From contig NC_068988.1 in the NCBI RefSeq assembly GCF_001194135.2, positions 57,805,154 to 57,838,103 on the forward strand: 32,950 nt of DNA. Direction: 5' to 3'. A program made the translations under genes and the position numbers. Shown piece by piece: positions 1-10,421 of this stretch. The notes below the pieces were generated by a model. It was not told the origin of the DNA and did no database searches. It saw nothing but the letters and a program-made list of their open reading frames with translations. This stretch comes from Octopus bimaculoides (Eukaryota). Every line of letters starts with the position of its first letter. The stretch's first letter is position 1.

Positions 1-180
1 CAGCCACCAAGGGACATGCTCAACTGGTTACGGTCAAACAACTGACAAGCAAATCTGTGGTATTGAGCAGAATATTTGCTGTAGCCCATCTTTTATACCC
101 AGACAAAACAATGTACATGATAACACTTCCAGTCAATTAAGATCAGAAGACATGAGAGCCACTGTCTGGTACTGCATCCG

Positions 181-216
<36 letters not shown>
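1..216 (+). mobile_element. Probable 3' end of a retroposon with (ATT)n tail, cut by the window edge
   Basis: Non-simple sequence ends directly in (ATT)n at 181-216. Simple-repeat tails are typical of LINE/SINE 3' ends. Family not established. Confidence 0.4.
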
Positions 217-220
<4 letters not shown>

Positions 221-997
221 CCATTATTTTATTATTTGTGTCTCATCTATCAACCTACAATTCAGACGGAGAGCCCTACGAGTCAGTTCCAAATCAAAAA
301 CCCTTGTAGGTGACAAGCAAATGTGCGAACACCTTAACCACACAGACATGCCTGTGGCTACAAGAGCTTGGGACTATAATCCTTCACCTCTCAGCAGCTA
401 CCTTCGATTCCATGGCTACATTAAAATTCAAACCATCAACTCAAACAGTGAACTACTATCTTGCTTACTGACAGCTTGCTCCATTTCTTGGTCTTCTTTT
501 TTAAAAAAATCTATAGAAACCAGTTGATGATACTTTATAAAAAAATACAGGAAATTTGTTTTTACACTACCACCGCCTCCACAGCCACAGATAAGCATGT
601 TGTATGTTGTTTTTTAATTGTTCTTGTAGTTTTTTTAGTTGCTGTTGTTGTTGTTGTTGTTGTTATTATTTTTAATCGTTATTTTTTTTGTTTTTTCATT
701 TTAAAGAAATTTACAACAAAACTTGTCAACTCACTGATTTTATATAGAGTAAGAAAAAAGTTGTGTATTTAGTATTTAGTCAATTTAGTAAGATAACATA
801 GATTGATAAATAAATAAATAAATAAGTAAATAAGTAAATAAATGAATATATAAATATATAAATAAATGAATTTATAACACACTGAAATAATCTTTTATCT
901 GACATAAAATATCTGGTTTCTGTAATCTGAAATTTTCCTACTTTGACATTTTATTGAGATTCAAGAATAATATAGAAATCATGTAAATTAGCTCATT

Positions 998-998
<1 letters not shown>

Positions 999-1028
<30 letters not shown>

Positions 1029-1194
1029 CCACCAACACCACCACCACCACTAACACCACCACCACCACCACCACCAATACCACCACCATCATCATCATCA
1101 TCATCACCAGTACCAACAAAACCACCACCACCATCTTCAACATCATCACCACCACCACCACCATCAGCAGCAGCAGCAGCACCAGCAACACCAC

Positions 1195-1248
<54 letters not shown>
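999..1248. repeat. Compound (CAT)n/(CAC)n/(CAG)n microsatellite
   Basis: Directly visible. The right-hand (CAT)n part is also the tail of the minus-strand RTE fragment that follows. Confidence 0.95.
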
Positions 1249-1251
<3 letters not shown>

Positions 1252-1490
1252 TTTACCTCAGCTTTTCCATGCTGGTAATAGACTGGATGGGTCATCATGA
1301 ACCAAGTCAGTTTTATATTCAGAATTACTAACATGTCTAGACAGGTTGGAGACCTCATCTCATTCATACTTCCCATTTCTCTTTCTTCTTTTTTTTTTGT
1401 TCTTGACATGGTTACTTTGGCTAAATGCCCTTCAAAATACTAAGCACTCTTTAGAGAGTACTGGATGCATTTCAATATGGCACCAGCAGA
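1190..1490 (-). mobile_element. Diverged RTE-LINE 3' UTR fragment
   Basis: TTTTCCATGCTGG and ATGCCCTTC motifs match the reverse complement of the 3' UTR of the RTE at 19203-20001; (GAT)n tail on the minus strand. Confidence 0.6.
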
Positions 1491-1612
1491 CGAGACCTAC
1501 CCTCATCAGCAACACATGCTTTGTTATGACAAGGTTCTTAACCAAATTTTACAACAGAGAAAACTAAACCGTTTGCTTTATTTGATAATATATTTGATAA
1601 GATATATGTGGC

Positions 1613-1761
1613 TGCAGGCATGATTGTGTGCTCAAGAACTTTGCTACAGAACCATGGGGTTCAGGGTTCATTCCTACTATATGGATATAGTTGGCTTGTA
1701 GTCTTCTACTATAGCTGCAGGCAGATCAATGCCACACATATGAAATTTGGTACACTGAAAC
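1613..1761 (+). mobile_element. SINE family A, old 5'-half fragment
   Basis: Degenerate match to the family A head (GCAGGCATG..TGTG..CAAGAAC..GGTTCA..GTCTTCTACTATAGC). Confidence 0.6.
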
Positions 1762-1773
1762 AGGGAAAAGAAC

Positions 1774-2170
1774 CAGGTGTGGCTATGTGGTAAGAAGCTT
1801 GCTTCCCAACCGGATGGTTCCGGGTTCAGTCCCAGTGTGTGGCACCTTGGGCAAGTGTCTTCTACTATAGCCTTGGACTGACCAAAGCCTTGTAAGTGGA
1901 CTTGGTAGATGAAAACTGAAAGAAGCCCATCATGTGTATGTGTGTGCCTTTGTGTCTGTGTTTGTCCCCCCACCACTGCTTTACAACTGGTGCTGGTGTG
2001 TTCATGTCCCTGTAACTTAGTGTGTTGGTAAAAATGGTCAATAGTATAAGCACCAAACTTAAAAAAAGAAACATAAGTCCTGGGGACAACTTATTTGACT
2101 AAAAATTCAAGGCAGTGCCCCAGCATGGCCACAGTCTAATGACTGAAACAGGTAAAAGAATAAAAGAATA
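1774..2170 (+). mobile_element. tRNA-derived SINE family A (CORE-like), full length
   Basis: A-box-like TGTGGTAAG, B-box-like GGTTCAGTCC, then GGCACCTTGGGCAAGTG (resembles the CORE motif GACCTTGGGCAAGT), an internal TG/TA tract, and a 3' end GACTGAAACA(A/G)GTAAAAGAATA. About 13 copies in the window. Confidence 0.9.
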
Positions 2171-2324
2171 TATATAGAGAGAGAGAGCAAGGGGAGCCTC
2201 AGGCAGGTCGGTATTAAAGGAGTTAATATCCTTCAAATCTTAATCTTAGCCCTGCAACCTTAAAAATGATACAAAGGATATGCTGGATAATATAGTTGGA
2301 GAAATATTATGTCTGAAAAAAATT

Positions 2325-2410
2325 TATGGGATGGTCATGATTGGAACGTCTTTGATTATAGGTCTGCTCAGTCAGAATTGAACTACGGCTAAACAGCTAC
2401 AACAATGATA
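2325..2410 (+). mobile_element. Retroposon 3' end with (AAC)-like tail
   Basis: Similar by eye to the reverse complement of 16516-16585 (GATTG.AAC..CTTTGATTA....TCAG.ATTGA.CT..GCTAA.CAACAA). Confidence 0.5.
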
Positions 2411-2620
2411 ACATAAGCATCAGGGTTCACTGTAAATTCTAAATCTTACCTTAATCTTCTAAATAGGACTTATGTCCTCCTATAGGCTACTGAAGAACAG
2501 ATGGATGTAGAGATCAACATTTGGTGAGCTCCCATTGAACTATGTCTACAATCTGTCTCTTTTACCAATCATTTTTATTTCACTTCATTTACTTCATTAT
2601 CAATATATTATATGAATATA

Positions 2621-2775
2621 CGGCGATAAGCTCGCAGAATCATTAGCACACCTGGCAAAATGATTAGCTGCATTTCATTGATCTGTGTTTGAATTCTGCT
2701 GAGGTCGACTTTACCTTTCATGCTTTTGGGGGTCAATAAAATGCTGGCCTTGTGCCAAAAATTGAAACCAATATT
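2621..2775 (+). mobile_element. tRNA-derived SINE family B, internally deleted
   Basis: GCAGAATCATTAGCAC...TTTGAATTCTGCTGAGGTCGACTTTACCTTTCAT...GGGGTCAATAAAAT matches the reverse complement of the copy at 11974-12210. Confidence 0.8.
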
Positions 2776-2788
2776 AATGTAAACAGTC

Positions 2789-3200
2789 AGGCAGTGAGGT
2801 GACAGAATCTTTAGCGCTCTGGGCAAAAAGTTTAATGGCATCTCGTCCGTCTTTACATTCTGACATCAAACTCCACTGAGGTCAACTTTCCCTTTCATTC
2901 TTTCAGAGTTGTTGTGGCGAGAGTCATTGACACCCTTGAGGGACTGGAAGAATGGACTAGCTGAACTCTTATAAAGAGTAGAGGTCGGTAGTAGTTGAGT
3001 AGAGAGCATTTTGGTAGTTTCACGAAGTATGTCATGTGAACATATTGATTAAACCTCTGCTACCTAATTTTATACATACCAACCTGTGGCAGAATATAAA
3101 AAGGGTCGATAAAGTAAGTGCTAGTTGAACACTGGAGTTGATGTAATCGACTAACCCCTTCCCTGAAATTTCTGGCCTTGTGGCATAATTTGAAACCAAT
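2789..3200 (+). mobile_element. SINE family B copy split by a ~190-bp insertion (2912-3102)
   Basis: The 5' part (2789-2911) and 3' part (3103-3200) are collinear with other family B copies once the insert is removed. Confidence 0.75.
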
Positions 3201-3556
3201 GCATTATATGAATATGATGGGTAGGGCATGAATTTTTAGCAACATGAACCTCTGCTTTCTTTGAAAGGCTTATGATTCACGTTTCCCTTGTAATAATAGG
3301 AAACTGCTTTTGTGCATGACATCATACATAGCAAGCTATGCCCAAAACTGGATATTTAGTTATGTTTAGCATAAATTTCATGGTTTTTGGCTATGCAAAT
3401 ACCAAAGTGTTCAAGCCTGGTGCGTGTGAGGCTTGTTTTTTGCATATTTCCTATGTTTTCCTTTCAAATTATGAGGAGGAAATAATTCATTGTTTCCAGT
3501 TATGGCAACCGAGAAAAGCAGAACAATAGAGTTTTACTAATGTAGAATGAGACAAC

Positions 3557-3982
3557 TTTTTTTGTCTGCTTTAGTCATTGGACTGTGGCCATGCTAGGGC
3601 ACTATCTGAAAGGGTTTAGTCAAATAAATTGACTCCAGTACATATTTTTTAAATGTTAGTACTTATTCTTATCAGTCACTTATTCCCCTGTAACATAACA
3701 AAATTTTGCCGAGCTGCTAAGTTACAGGGACGTGAACACACCACCATCGGTTGTCAAGCGATGTTGGGGAGACAAACATGGACACACAAGCATACACACA
3801 CACATACATATATAAATATACATATATATATACGACGAGCTTCTTTCAGTTTCCGTCTACCAAATCCACTCACAAGGCTTTGGTCGGCCCGAAGCTATAG
3901 TAGAAGACACTTGCCCAAGGTGCCACACAGTGGGAATGAACCTAGAACCATGTGGCTAGTAAGCAAGCTACTTACCACACAG
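3557..3982 (-). mobile_element. SINE family A, full length
   Basis: Reverse-complement match to 1774-2170 and 32166-32587. Confidence 0.9.
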
Positions 3983-3985
3983 TGT

Positions 3986-4431
3986 AAGTACCAGAGTTGA
4001 AAAAAAAGTACTGGAATCAATTCATTGAATTAAAATTCCTCAAGTGGAAGCACATGGTGTAGTGGTTACAGCAGCAAACTTACAGTCAAGGGATTGTGGG
4101 TCCAAATCTCAGACCAGGTGATGTGTGTGTGTTTATGAGCAAAACACCTAAGCCCCATGCGGCTCCAGCAGAAGGTAATGGCGAACTTCTGCTGACTATT
4201 TCACCACAACTTTCTCTCACTCTTTCCTCCCGCATCTAGCAGCTCACCTGTGATGGACCAGCATCCCATCCAGGTGGGGAACCTATACGCCAATGAAACC
4301 AGGAAACCAGTCCTTATGAGCCAGGCATGGCTCAAGAAGGAACAAACAACAACAACAACAAAGTTCCTTAAGGCAGTGCCCCAGTATGGCCACAATCTAA
4401 TGGCTGAAGCAAATAAAAAAAAGGATAAAAG
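3986..4431 (+). mobile_element. SINE family A 3' fragment interrupted by a family C SINE
   Basis: AAGTACCAG...AAGTACTGG (3986-4044) resumes as AAGGCAGTGCCCCAGTATGGCCACAATCTAATGGCTGAAGC (4370-4431). Confidence 0.7.
4045..4359 (+). mobile_element. tRNA-derived SINE family C, tail type X, (AAC)n tail, with TSD
   Basis: A-box-like TGGTGTAGTGG and degenerate B-box GGTCCAAATC. First ~180 bp align with 17320-17501. Flanked by AAAATTCCTCAAG (4032-4044) and AAAGTTCCTTAAG (4360-4372), 11/13 identical. Confidence 0.85.
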
Positions 4432-4529
4432 TAACAGTTATTAAATAATATAAGACACATGTCAAGTGTGGATTCTGCCTGTTGGTGAAGAAAGTATAAT
4501 GAGATGATGTTACCTGTCCGCATAGCTAC

Positions 4530-4724
4530 CAGCATACCACATAAAGGTGCTTATTCTGGTGCCACATAAAAAGCACCCAGCACACACTGTAAAGTGGTTG
4601 GTGTTTGGAAGGGCATCCAGCCATAGAAATCATGCCAAATCAGACTGGAACCTGTTGCAGCTCTCTGGTTTACCAGTTCTGGTCAAACCATCCAACTCAT
4701 GCCAGCATTGAAAACAGATGTTAA

Positions 4725-4789
<65 letters not shown>
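4530..4789 (+). mobile_element. RTE-LINE 3' UTR fragment with long (GAT)n tail
   Basis: GCACCC..ACAC..GTGGTTGG...GGAAGGGCATCCAGC...CCAAC.CATGC.AGCAT motifs shared with 19830-20001. Confidence 0.85.
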
Positions 4790-4846
4790 ACCATAAGCAA
4801 TTTTCATTATTTTGCCCTAACAGACTGTAATATTTTGACTAGTTTC

Positions 4847-5062
4847 AAGGCAGCAAGCTGGCAGAATGGTTAGCATGCTGGGCAAAATGTTTAGTAGCAT
4901 TTTGTCTGTCTTTACGTTCTGAGTTCAAATTCCACCAAGGTCATATTTGCCTTTCATTCTTTTGGGGTCAATAAAATAAGTACCAATTGAACACTGGATT
5001 GATGTAATCAACTAGCCTCCTTCTCCAAAAAATTTCAGGCCTTGCAACTATAAGAGAAAGGA
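4847..5062 (+). mobile_element. SINE family B
   Basis: GGCAGCAAGCTGGCAGAATGGTTAGC (A-box) and GAGTTCAAATTCC (B-box), then GGGGTCAATAAAATAAGTACC. Confidence 0.85.
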
Positions 5063-5221
5063 CATTTTGACTAGTTTTCAATATTTTATTATTTGTGATA
5101 ATTTCTGTGCCTAACAAACTTATGCTTATTTGGCTTCTCTGGCCTGCAGCATGCAATCTCCCATCCTTAGTACAACCACATTAGACACACGACAATTTTT
5201 TTGATAAATTTAAAAACTAAA

Positions 5222-5253
5222 AAAGTGCATCTTACACGCCAGCAAACATGGTA
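5222..5253. mobile_element. Orphan Tc2/pogo-like terminal inverted repeat
   Basis: Reverse complement reads TACCATGTTTGCTGGCGTGTAAGATGCAC, the same TIR style as 23858-24035. No partner end found. Confidence 0.35.
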
Positions 5254-5743
5254 ATTTACCCTTCTAATTGAGGTCACAAATTTTGCTAATTCTTGCAAGA
5301 TCTAGCATAATTTAACGTAACATAGCTAATGAAAATAGTTAACAAGTAGAGAGATATAAATCTAGTTAATTTTTTAAATGATGTAGCATATTCTAGCTGG
5401 TTTTCATTGTCAGTAGTTTTACAATTTTAATGAGATGGCCTAATTACACTCCATGATAAAATGTCTGGCATATTTAAGGATTAAATAGATTTGGTAATTC
5501 CAGAATAGCCAGTCGTTACAATCAAGAGCATGACTGCCATTTATAATATTAATTGTATGTGAATTTGCTTCTCACATAATGATCTTTTACTTAATGAGTG
5601 GATGTATGGAACCAATTGAATCATTAAGTTGAGGTATTCTTGTACATTAAACAATGGAAATTGGAATTGGAAAAAACCAATTTATTTTGGTGACTGGTAG
5701 TTTCATTTTAGGATTCTTTAGACTAATATATAAATGTGTACAT

Positions 5744-5804
5744 ATCTATCTATCTATCTATTTATCAATCTATCCACCCATCAACCTGTCCGTCCGGCTG
5801 TCTG

Positions 5805-5859
<55 letters not shown>

Positions 5860-5901
5860 GTCTATGTGTGTATGTGTGTGTATGTGTGTGTATGTGTGTG
5901 T

Positions 5902-5933
<32 letters not shown>
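5744..5933. repeat. Compound (TATC)n-(TGTGTA)n-(GA)n microsatellite
   Basis: Directly visible; explains the ORFs at 5654-5988. Confidence 0.95.
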
Positions 5934-5934
<1 letters not shown>

Positions 5935-6161
5935 TCATCTAAGAGACCACAAGTCAGGGAAAAGATGGACTCATATATCTGTCAGTAGGGTGGGTATATT
6001 ATCTGAAATGTATAGTATTAAATATCCATCAGAGCTAGTCTTACCAATCAGTTTCGCATAAAGAATACAATGGAGTGTTACATAACAAACCAATTAAATA
6101 ACTTTACACTCATCAGAGTTAGCCAATATGGAAGAGAATTTGGCAACTGCTTTCTGTTGTC

Positions 6162-6193
<32 letters not shown>

Positions 6194-6548
6194 CAGGTGT
6201 AGCAGTGTGGTAAGAAGCTTGCTTCTCAACCACATAGTTCCAGATTCAGTCCCACTGGGTGGCACCTTGGGCAAGTGTCTTCTACTATTACTCAGGCTGA
6301 CCAAAGCCTTGTGAGTGGGTTCAGTAGACATTGCGCATGTGTGTGTGTGTGTGTGTGTGTATCTTTTCATCTGTATTTGTCCCCACTGCTTGACAGCTGA
6401 TGTAGGTGTGTTTACATCCCTGTAACTTAGCAGTTTGGAAAAAAATACCAAAAGTACCAGGCTTAATACAAAGAAATAAGTACTAGGGTCAACTGAAGGT
6501 GGTGCCCCAACATGGCCATAGTTTCATGACTGAAACAAGTAAATGATA
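6194..6548 (+). mobile_element. SINE family A, near full length
   Basis: Head, CORE-like motif, internal (GT)n and 3' GACTGAAACAAGTAAA. Confidence 0.9.
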
Positions 6549-6563
6549 ATATATATATATATA

Positions 6564-6612
<49 letters not shown>

Positions 6613-6949
6613 GTTTAACATCCGCTTTCCATGCTAGCATGGGTTGGATGATTTGACTGAGGACTGGTGAAACCAGATGGCTGCACCAGGCTCCAATCTG
6701 ATCTGGCAGAGTTTCTACAGCTGGATGCCCTTCCTAACACCAACCACTCCGAGAGCATAGTGGGTGCTTTTACATGCCACTGGCACAAGGGCCAGTCACG
6801 CGATACTGGCAACGGCCAGGCTCAAAATGGTGTTTTTTACATGCCACCTGCACAAGAGCCAGTCCAGCGGCACTGGCAACGACCTTGCTCGAATGATTTT
6901 CTAACGTGCCACCGGCACAAGTGCCAGTAAGGCGACGCTGGTAACGATC
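6564..6949 (-). mobile_element. 5'-truncated RTE-LINE 3' UTR with three tandem ~66-bp units and (GAT)n tail
   Basis: High-similarity reverse-complement match to 19725-20001; CpGs largely intact, so probably young. Confidence 0.9.
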
Positions 6950-7224
6950 TATATATATATATATATATTGGTATAAAGTCCAAGAAGGACTAGCAGGCCA
7001 AAAGTTTGTAGTCCGTCACTGTCATCCCTCTTCTCTTTTTGTAAAAGTTTAATAAGCATGTACTCTTCTAAGAAATACTAAATACATGTAATGACATAAA
7101 AACAAACATTAATTCATATAGAAATTCTCCCTTCTCACCTTGATAACCTAAACCACTTAGGTTAATGCTCCCTTCCCAGCTGAAGGGGATTTTGTCTTGC
7201 AAGTTACTCAGTGACCCTATGCTA

Positions 7225-7487
7225 ATGCCACATGTGCTTGTGCCACATAAAAAGCAGCTGTGCCAGTCTTGCATAAAATGTGCCAGTGCCACACAAAAAA
7301 AAAACATCTGTGCTAGAGCTATATAAAAGGTACCCAGTACACTCTGTTAAGGGGTTGGCATTAGGAAGAGCATCCAGATGTAGAAACCAAGCCAAAACAC
7401 ATGACTGGTACCTGGTGCAGTTCTGCAGCTTGCCAGCTCTAGCCAGACCGTCCAACCCATGCCGACATGAAAATGGATGAGGATGAT
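7225..7487 (+). mobile_element. RTE-type 3' UTR fragment, second subfamily, diverged
   Basis: Repeated GTGCCACA.AAAA, GGTTGGCATTAGGAAGAGCATCCAG and GTCCAACCCATGCC. Confidence 0.75.
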
Positions 7488-7893
7488 ATAAACATACACA
7501 TACATAGAGACACAGACAGAAGGACAGACAGATGGACAAACAGGCCAACAGATTCAGTTGATCATTCATTTGTTTATTTAATGTCCGTTTCCCCGTGCTG
7601 GCCTGGGTTTGACAAAGGCATAGTGAGGTATTACTTTACAATTTGATGATTTTTTTTTTTCTGTCAGCAAATCCATACCTGTTTTTCAAGTAATGGAGTT
7701 TTATTCCACACATCTTTTTGAAAGCACAGAAGGCTATGGAACAATTACTTCATTGGCAGGGAATGTCAATAAATGTCACTGGTTTTTTGTTGTTGTTCGA
7801 CTCTTTTCATGTGAGGATGCCAAATGTCAACACATACACTCAGACACATGTATATACAAATACATATGTATGTACATACATACTTACATACAA

Positions 7894-7934
<41 letters not shown>

Positions 7935-8920
7935 NNNNNNNNNNNNNNNNNNNNNNNNNNNNNNNNNNNNNNNNNNNNNNNNNNNNNNNNNNNNNNNNNN
8001 NNNNNNNNNNNNNNNNNNNNNNNNNNNNNNNNNNNNNNNNNNNNNNNNNNNNNNNNNNNNNNNNNNNNNNNNNNNNNNNNNNNNNNNNNNNNNNNNNNNN
8101 NNNNNNNNNNNNNNNNNNNNNNNNNNNNNNNNNNNNNNNNNNNNNNNNNNNNNNNNNNNNNNNNNNNNNNNNNNNNNNNNNNNNNNNNNNNNNNNNNNNN
8201 NNNNNNNNNNNNNNNNNNNNNNNNNNNNNNNNNNNNNNNNNNNNNNNNNNNNNNNNNNNNNNNNNNNNNNNNNNNNNNNNNNNNNNNNNNNNNNNNNNNN
8301 NNNNNNNNNNNNNNNNNNNNNNNNNNNNNNNNNNNNNNNNNNNNNNNNNNNNNNNNNNNNNNNNNNNNNNNNNNNNNNNNNNNNNNNNNNNNNNNNNNNN
8401 NNNNNNNNNNNNNNNNNNNNNNNNNNNNNNNNNNNNNNNNNNNNNNNNNNNNNNNNNNNNNNNNNNNNNNNNNNNNNNNNNNNNNNNNNNNNNNNNNNNN
8501 NNNNNNNNNNNNNNNNNNNNNNNNNNNNNNNNNNNNNNNNNNNNNNNNNNNNNNNNNNNNNNNNNNNNNNNNNNNNNNNNNNNNNNNNNNNNNNNNNNNN
8601 NNNNNNNNNNNNNNNNNNNNNNNNNNNNNNNNNNNNNNNNNNNNNNNNNNNNNNNNNNNNNNNNNNNNNNNNNNNNNNNNNNNNNNNNNNNNNNNNNNNN
8701 NNNNNNNNNNNNNNNNNNNNNNNNNNNNNNNNNNNNNNNNNNNNNNNNNNNNNNNNNNNNNNNNNNNNNNNNNNNNNNNNNNNNNNNNNNNNNNNNNNNN
8801 NNNNNNNNNNNNNNNNNNNNNNNNNNNNNNNNNNNNNNNNNNNNNNNNNNNNNNNNNNNNNNNNNNNNNNNNNNNNNNNNNNNNNNNNNNNNNNNNNNNN
8901 NNNNNNNNNNNNNNNNNNNN
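7935..8920. other. Assembly gap between (TA)n and (TG)n. Other gaps: 9660-10098, 19546-19687, 24965-25429, 27090-27626, 30205-30463, 31112-31121
   Basis: N runs. ORFs spanning them are artefacts. Confidence 1.
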
Positions 8921-8982
<62 letters not shown>

Positions 8983-9454
8983 GGCTGCTGAATAATATTA
9001 TGTATGAATGCAACAGACACTTAAACACTTAAAACAATGCTCTTCATAAATAATAGAAAATGACTAACTTTGGCACAAAACCACAAATTTTATAATGACT
9101 TATAAATCATTTAGTCGTTTACCACACACATACACACACACATACACACTCCCCTTCTCTCTCTCGTCTTACACTCTCTTCTATCCCCAACTCCTCGTAT
9201 CATCCTGGACCTCTTCTATTATACTCTCTTCTTCCTACACATTGTGTAGAAAGGAAAGGACAAGAGAATGGAGACAATGCAGAGAAGAGGGTACACTTTG
9301 GTGCCATTAGGAACAAGACAGTCTGTCTGGGTGCTGATGGATGAATAACTGGGAAGAATACAAGGTACAAAGAACACATTAATTTCATAGGAAAGAAAGC
9401 AAACATTCTGGTGATGGTGCTTTCATAAAACATGCATCGAATGCATTGGGGAAA

Positions 9455-9627
9455 AGGGTTGGTGATAGGAAAGGCATCCAGCCATAAAAACGATGTCAGA
9501 AATGGAATTTATGAGCATGACATAAAACTATTTGGAAGTGTGGTTACTCTGAACTAGAACTAACTTGGATGATTCCATCCAATCCCTATTACAATGGTAA
9601 AATGGACATAAAATGATGATGATGATC
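9455..9627 (+). mobile_element. Highly diverged RTE-type 3' end
   Basis: GGTTGGTGATAGGAAAGGCATCCAGCC and TCCAATCCCTATTACAATGG..AATGGACATAAAATGATGATGAT. Confidence 0.6.
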
Positions 9628-9659
<32 letters not shown>

Positions 9660-10193
9660 NNNNNNNNNNNNNNNNNNNNNNNNNNNNNNNNNNNNNNNNN
9701 NNNNNNNNNNNNNNNNNNNNNNNNNNNNNNNNNNNNNNNNNNNNNNNNNNNNNNNNNNNNNNNNNNNNNNNNNNNNNNNNNNNNNNNNNNNNNNNNNNNN
9801 NNNNNNNNNNNNNNNNNNNNNNNNNNNNNNNNNNNNNNNNNNNNNNNNNNNNNNNNNNNNNNNNNNNNNNNNNNNNNNNNNNNNNNNNNNNNNNNNNNNN
9901 NNNNNNNNNNNNNNNNNNNNNNNNNNNNNNNNNNNNNNNNNNNNNNNNNNNNNNNNNNNNNNNNNNNNNNNNNNNNNNNNNNNNNNNNNNNNNNNNNNNN
10001 NNNNNNNNNNNNNNNNNNNNNNNNNNNNNNNNNNNNNNNNNNNNNNNNNNNNNNNNNNNNNNNNNNNNNNNNNNNNNNNNNNNNNNNNNNNNNNNNNNGA
10101 GCGTCCAGTAACACAATCTGTATCACGTCCTCATGTTGTTGTTTTTTGTTGTTGTTTTTTTTGTCGTTTTTCTTTTTTGAACGTATATATATA

Positions 10194-10421
10194 CTGGGTT
10201 GTCCGGAAAGATCATGCCGATTTATAGTAGCTTACCTTTTGACTTATTGGCCATGAAACCACCTCAATTCTGGGAAGAGGGTATTTTCAAGTTAAAGGAA
10301 AGATGGAGACACATTGTGCAAGAAAATGGTTCATATTTGGTTGATTAAAAATGTAATGGCAAGTATTTATTGACCTTTTTCTTTCCTTTAAAAATTGACA
10401 CGAACTTTCCGGACAACCCAA
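10194..10421 (+). mobile_element. Internally deleted mariner transposon, 228 bp, TA TSD, retaining the transposase C-terminus
   Basis: Left TIR CTGGGTTGTCCGGAAAGATCATGCCGATTT versus right (revcomp) TTGGGTTGTCCGGAAAGTTCGTGTCAATTT. TA at 10192-93 and 10422-23. 10241-10348 translates as DLLAMKPPQFWEEGIFKLKERWRHIVQENGSYLVD*, matching the mariner C-terminal F(Y/W)xxGIxKLxxRWxxxxxxxGxY pattern. Confidence 0.9.

Noticed and set aside
325-356. SINE copy on the minus strand
   Set aside because: Only ~30 bp resemble the family A head (AGGCATGTCTGTGTGGTTAAG); too short to call.
470-511. Possible minus-strand micro-exon (DFFKKEDQEMEQAV) between TTCTATAG and GTAAGC
   Set aside because: Such short AG-GT intervals occur often by chance; weak polypyrimidine tract and no recognisable protein.
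988-1248. Poly-Met/Val ORF and the similar poly-D/H/S ORFs at 28968-29686
   Set aside because: Translations of CAT/CAC/GAT triplet arrays, with no complex flanking coding sequence.
7680-7734. Possible minus-strand exon (LLCFQKDVWNKTPLLEKQ) with CAG|GTATGG donor
   Set aside because: No homology recognised, and it does not chain in phase with the other candidate exons.
7693-9032. 400-aa ORFs, and those across the other gaps
   Set aside because: They are open only because N runs and dinucleotide repeats contain no stops.
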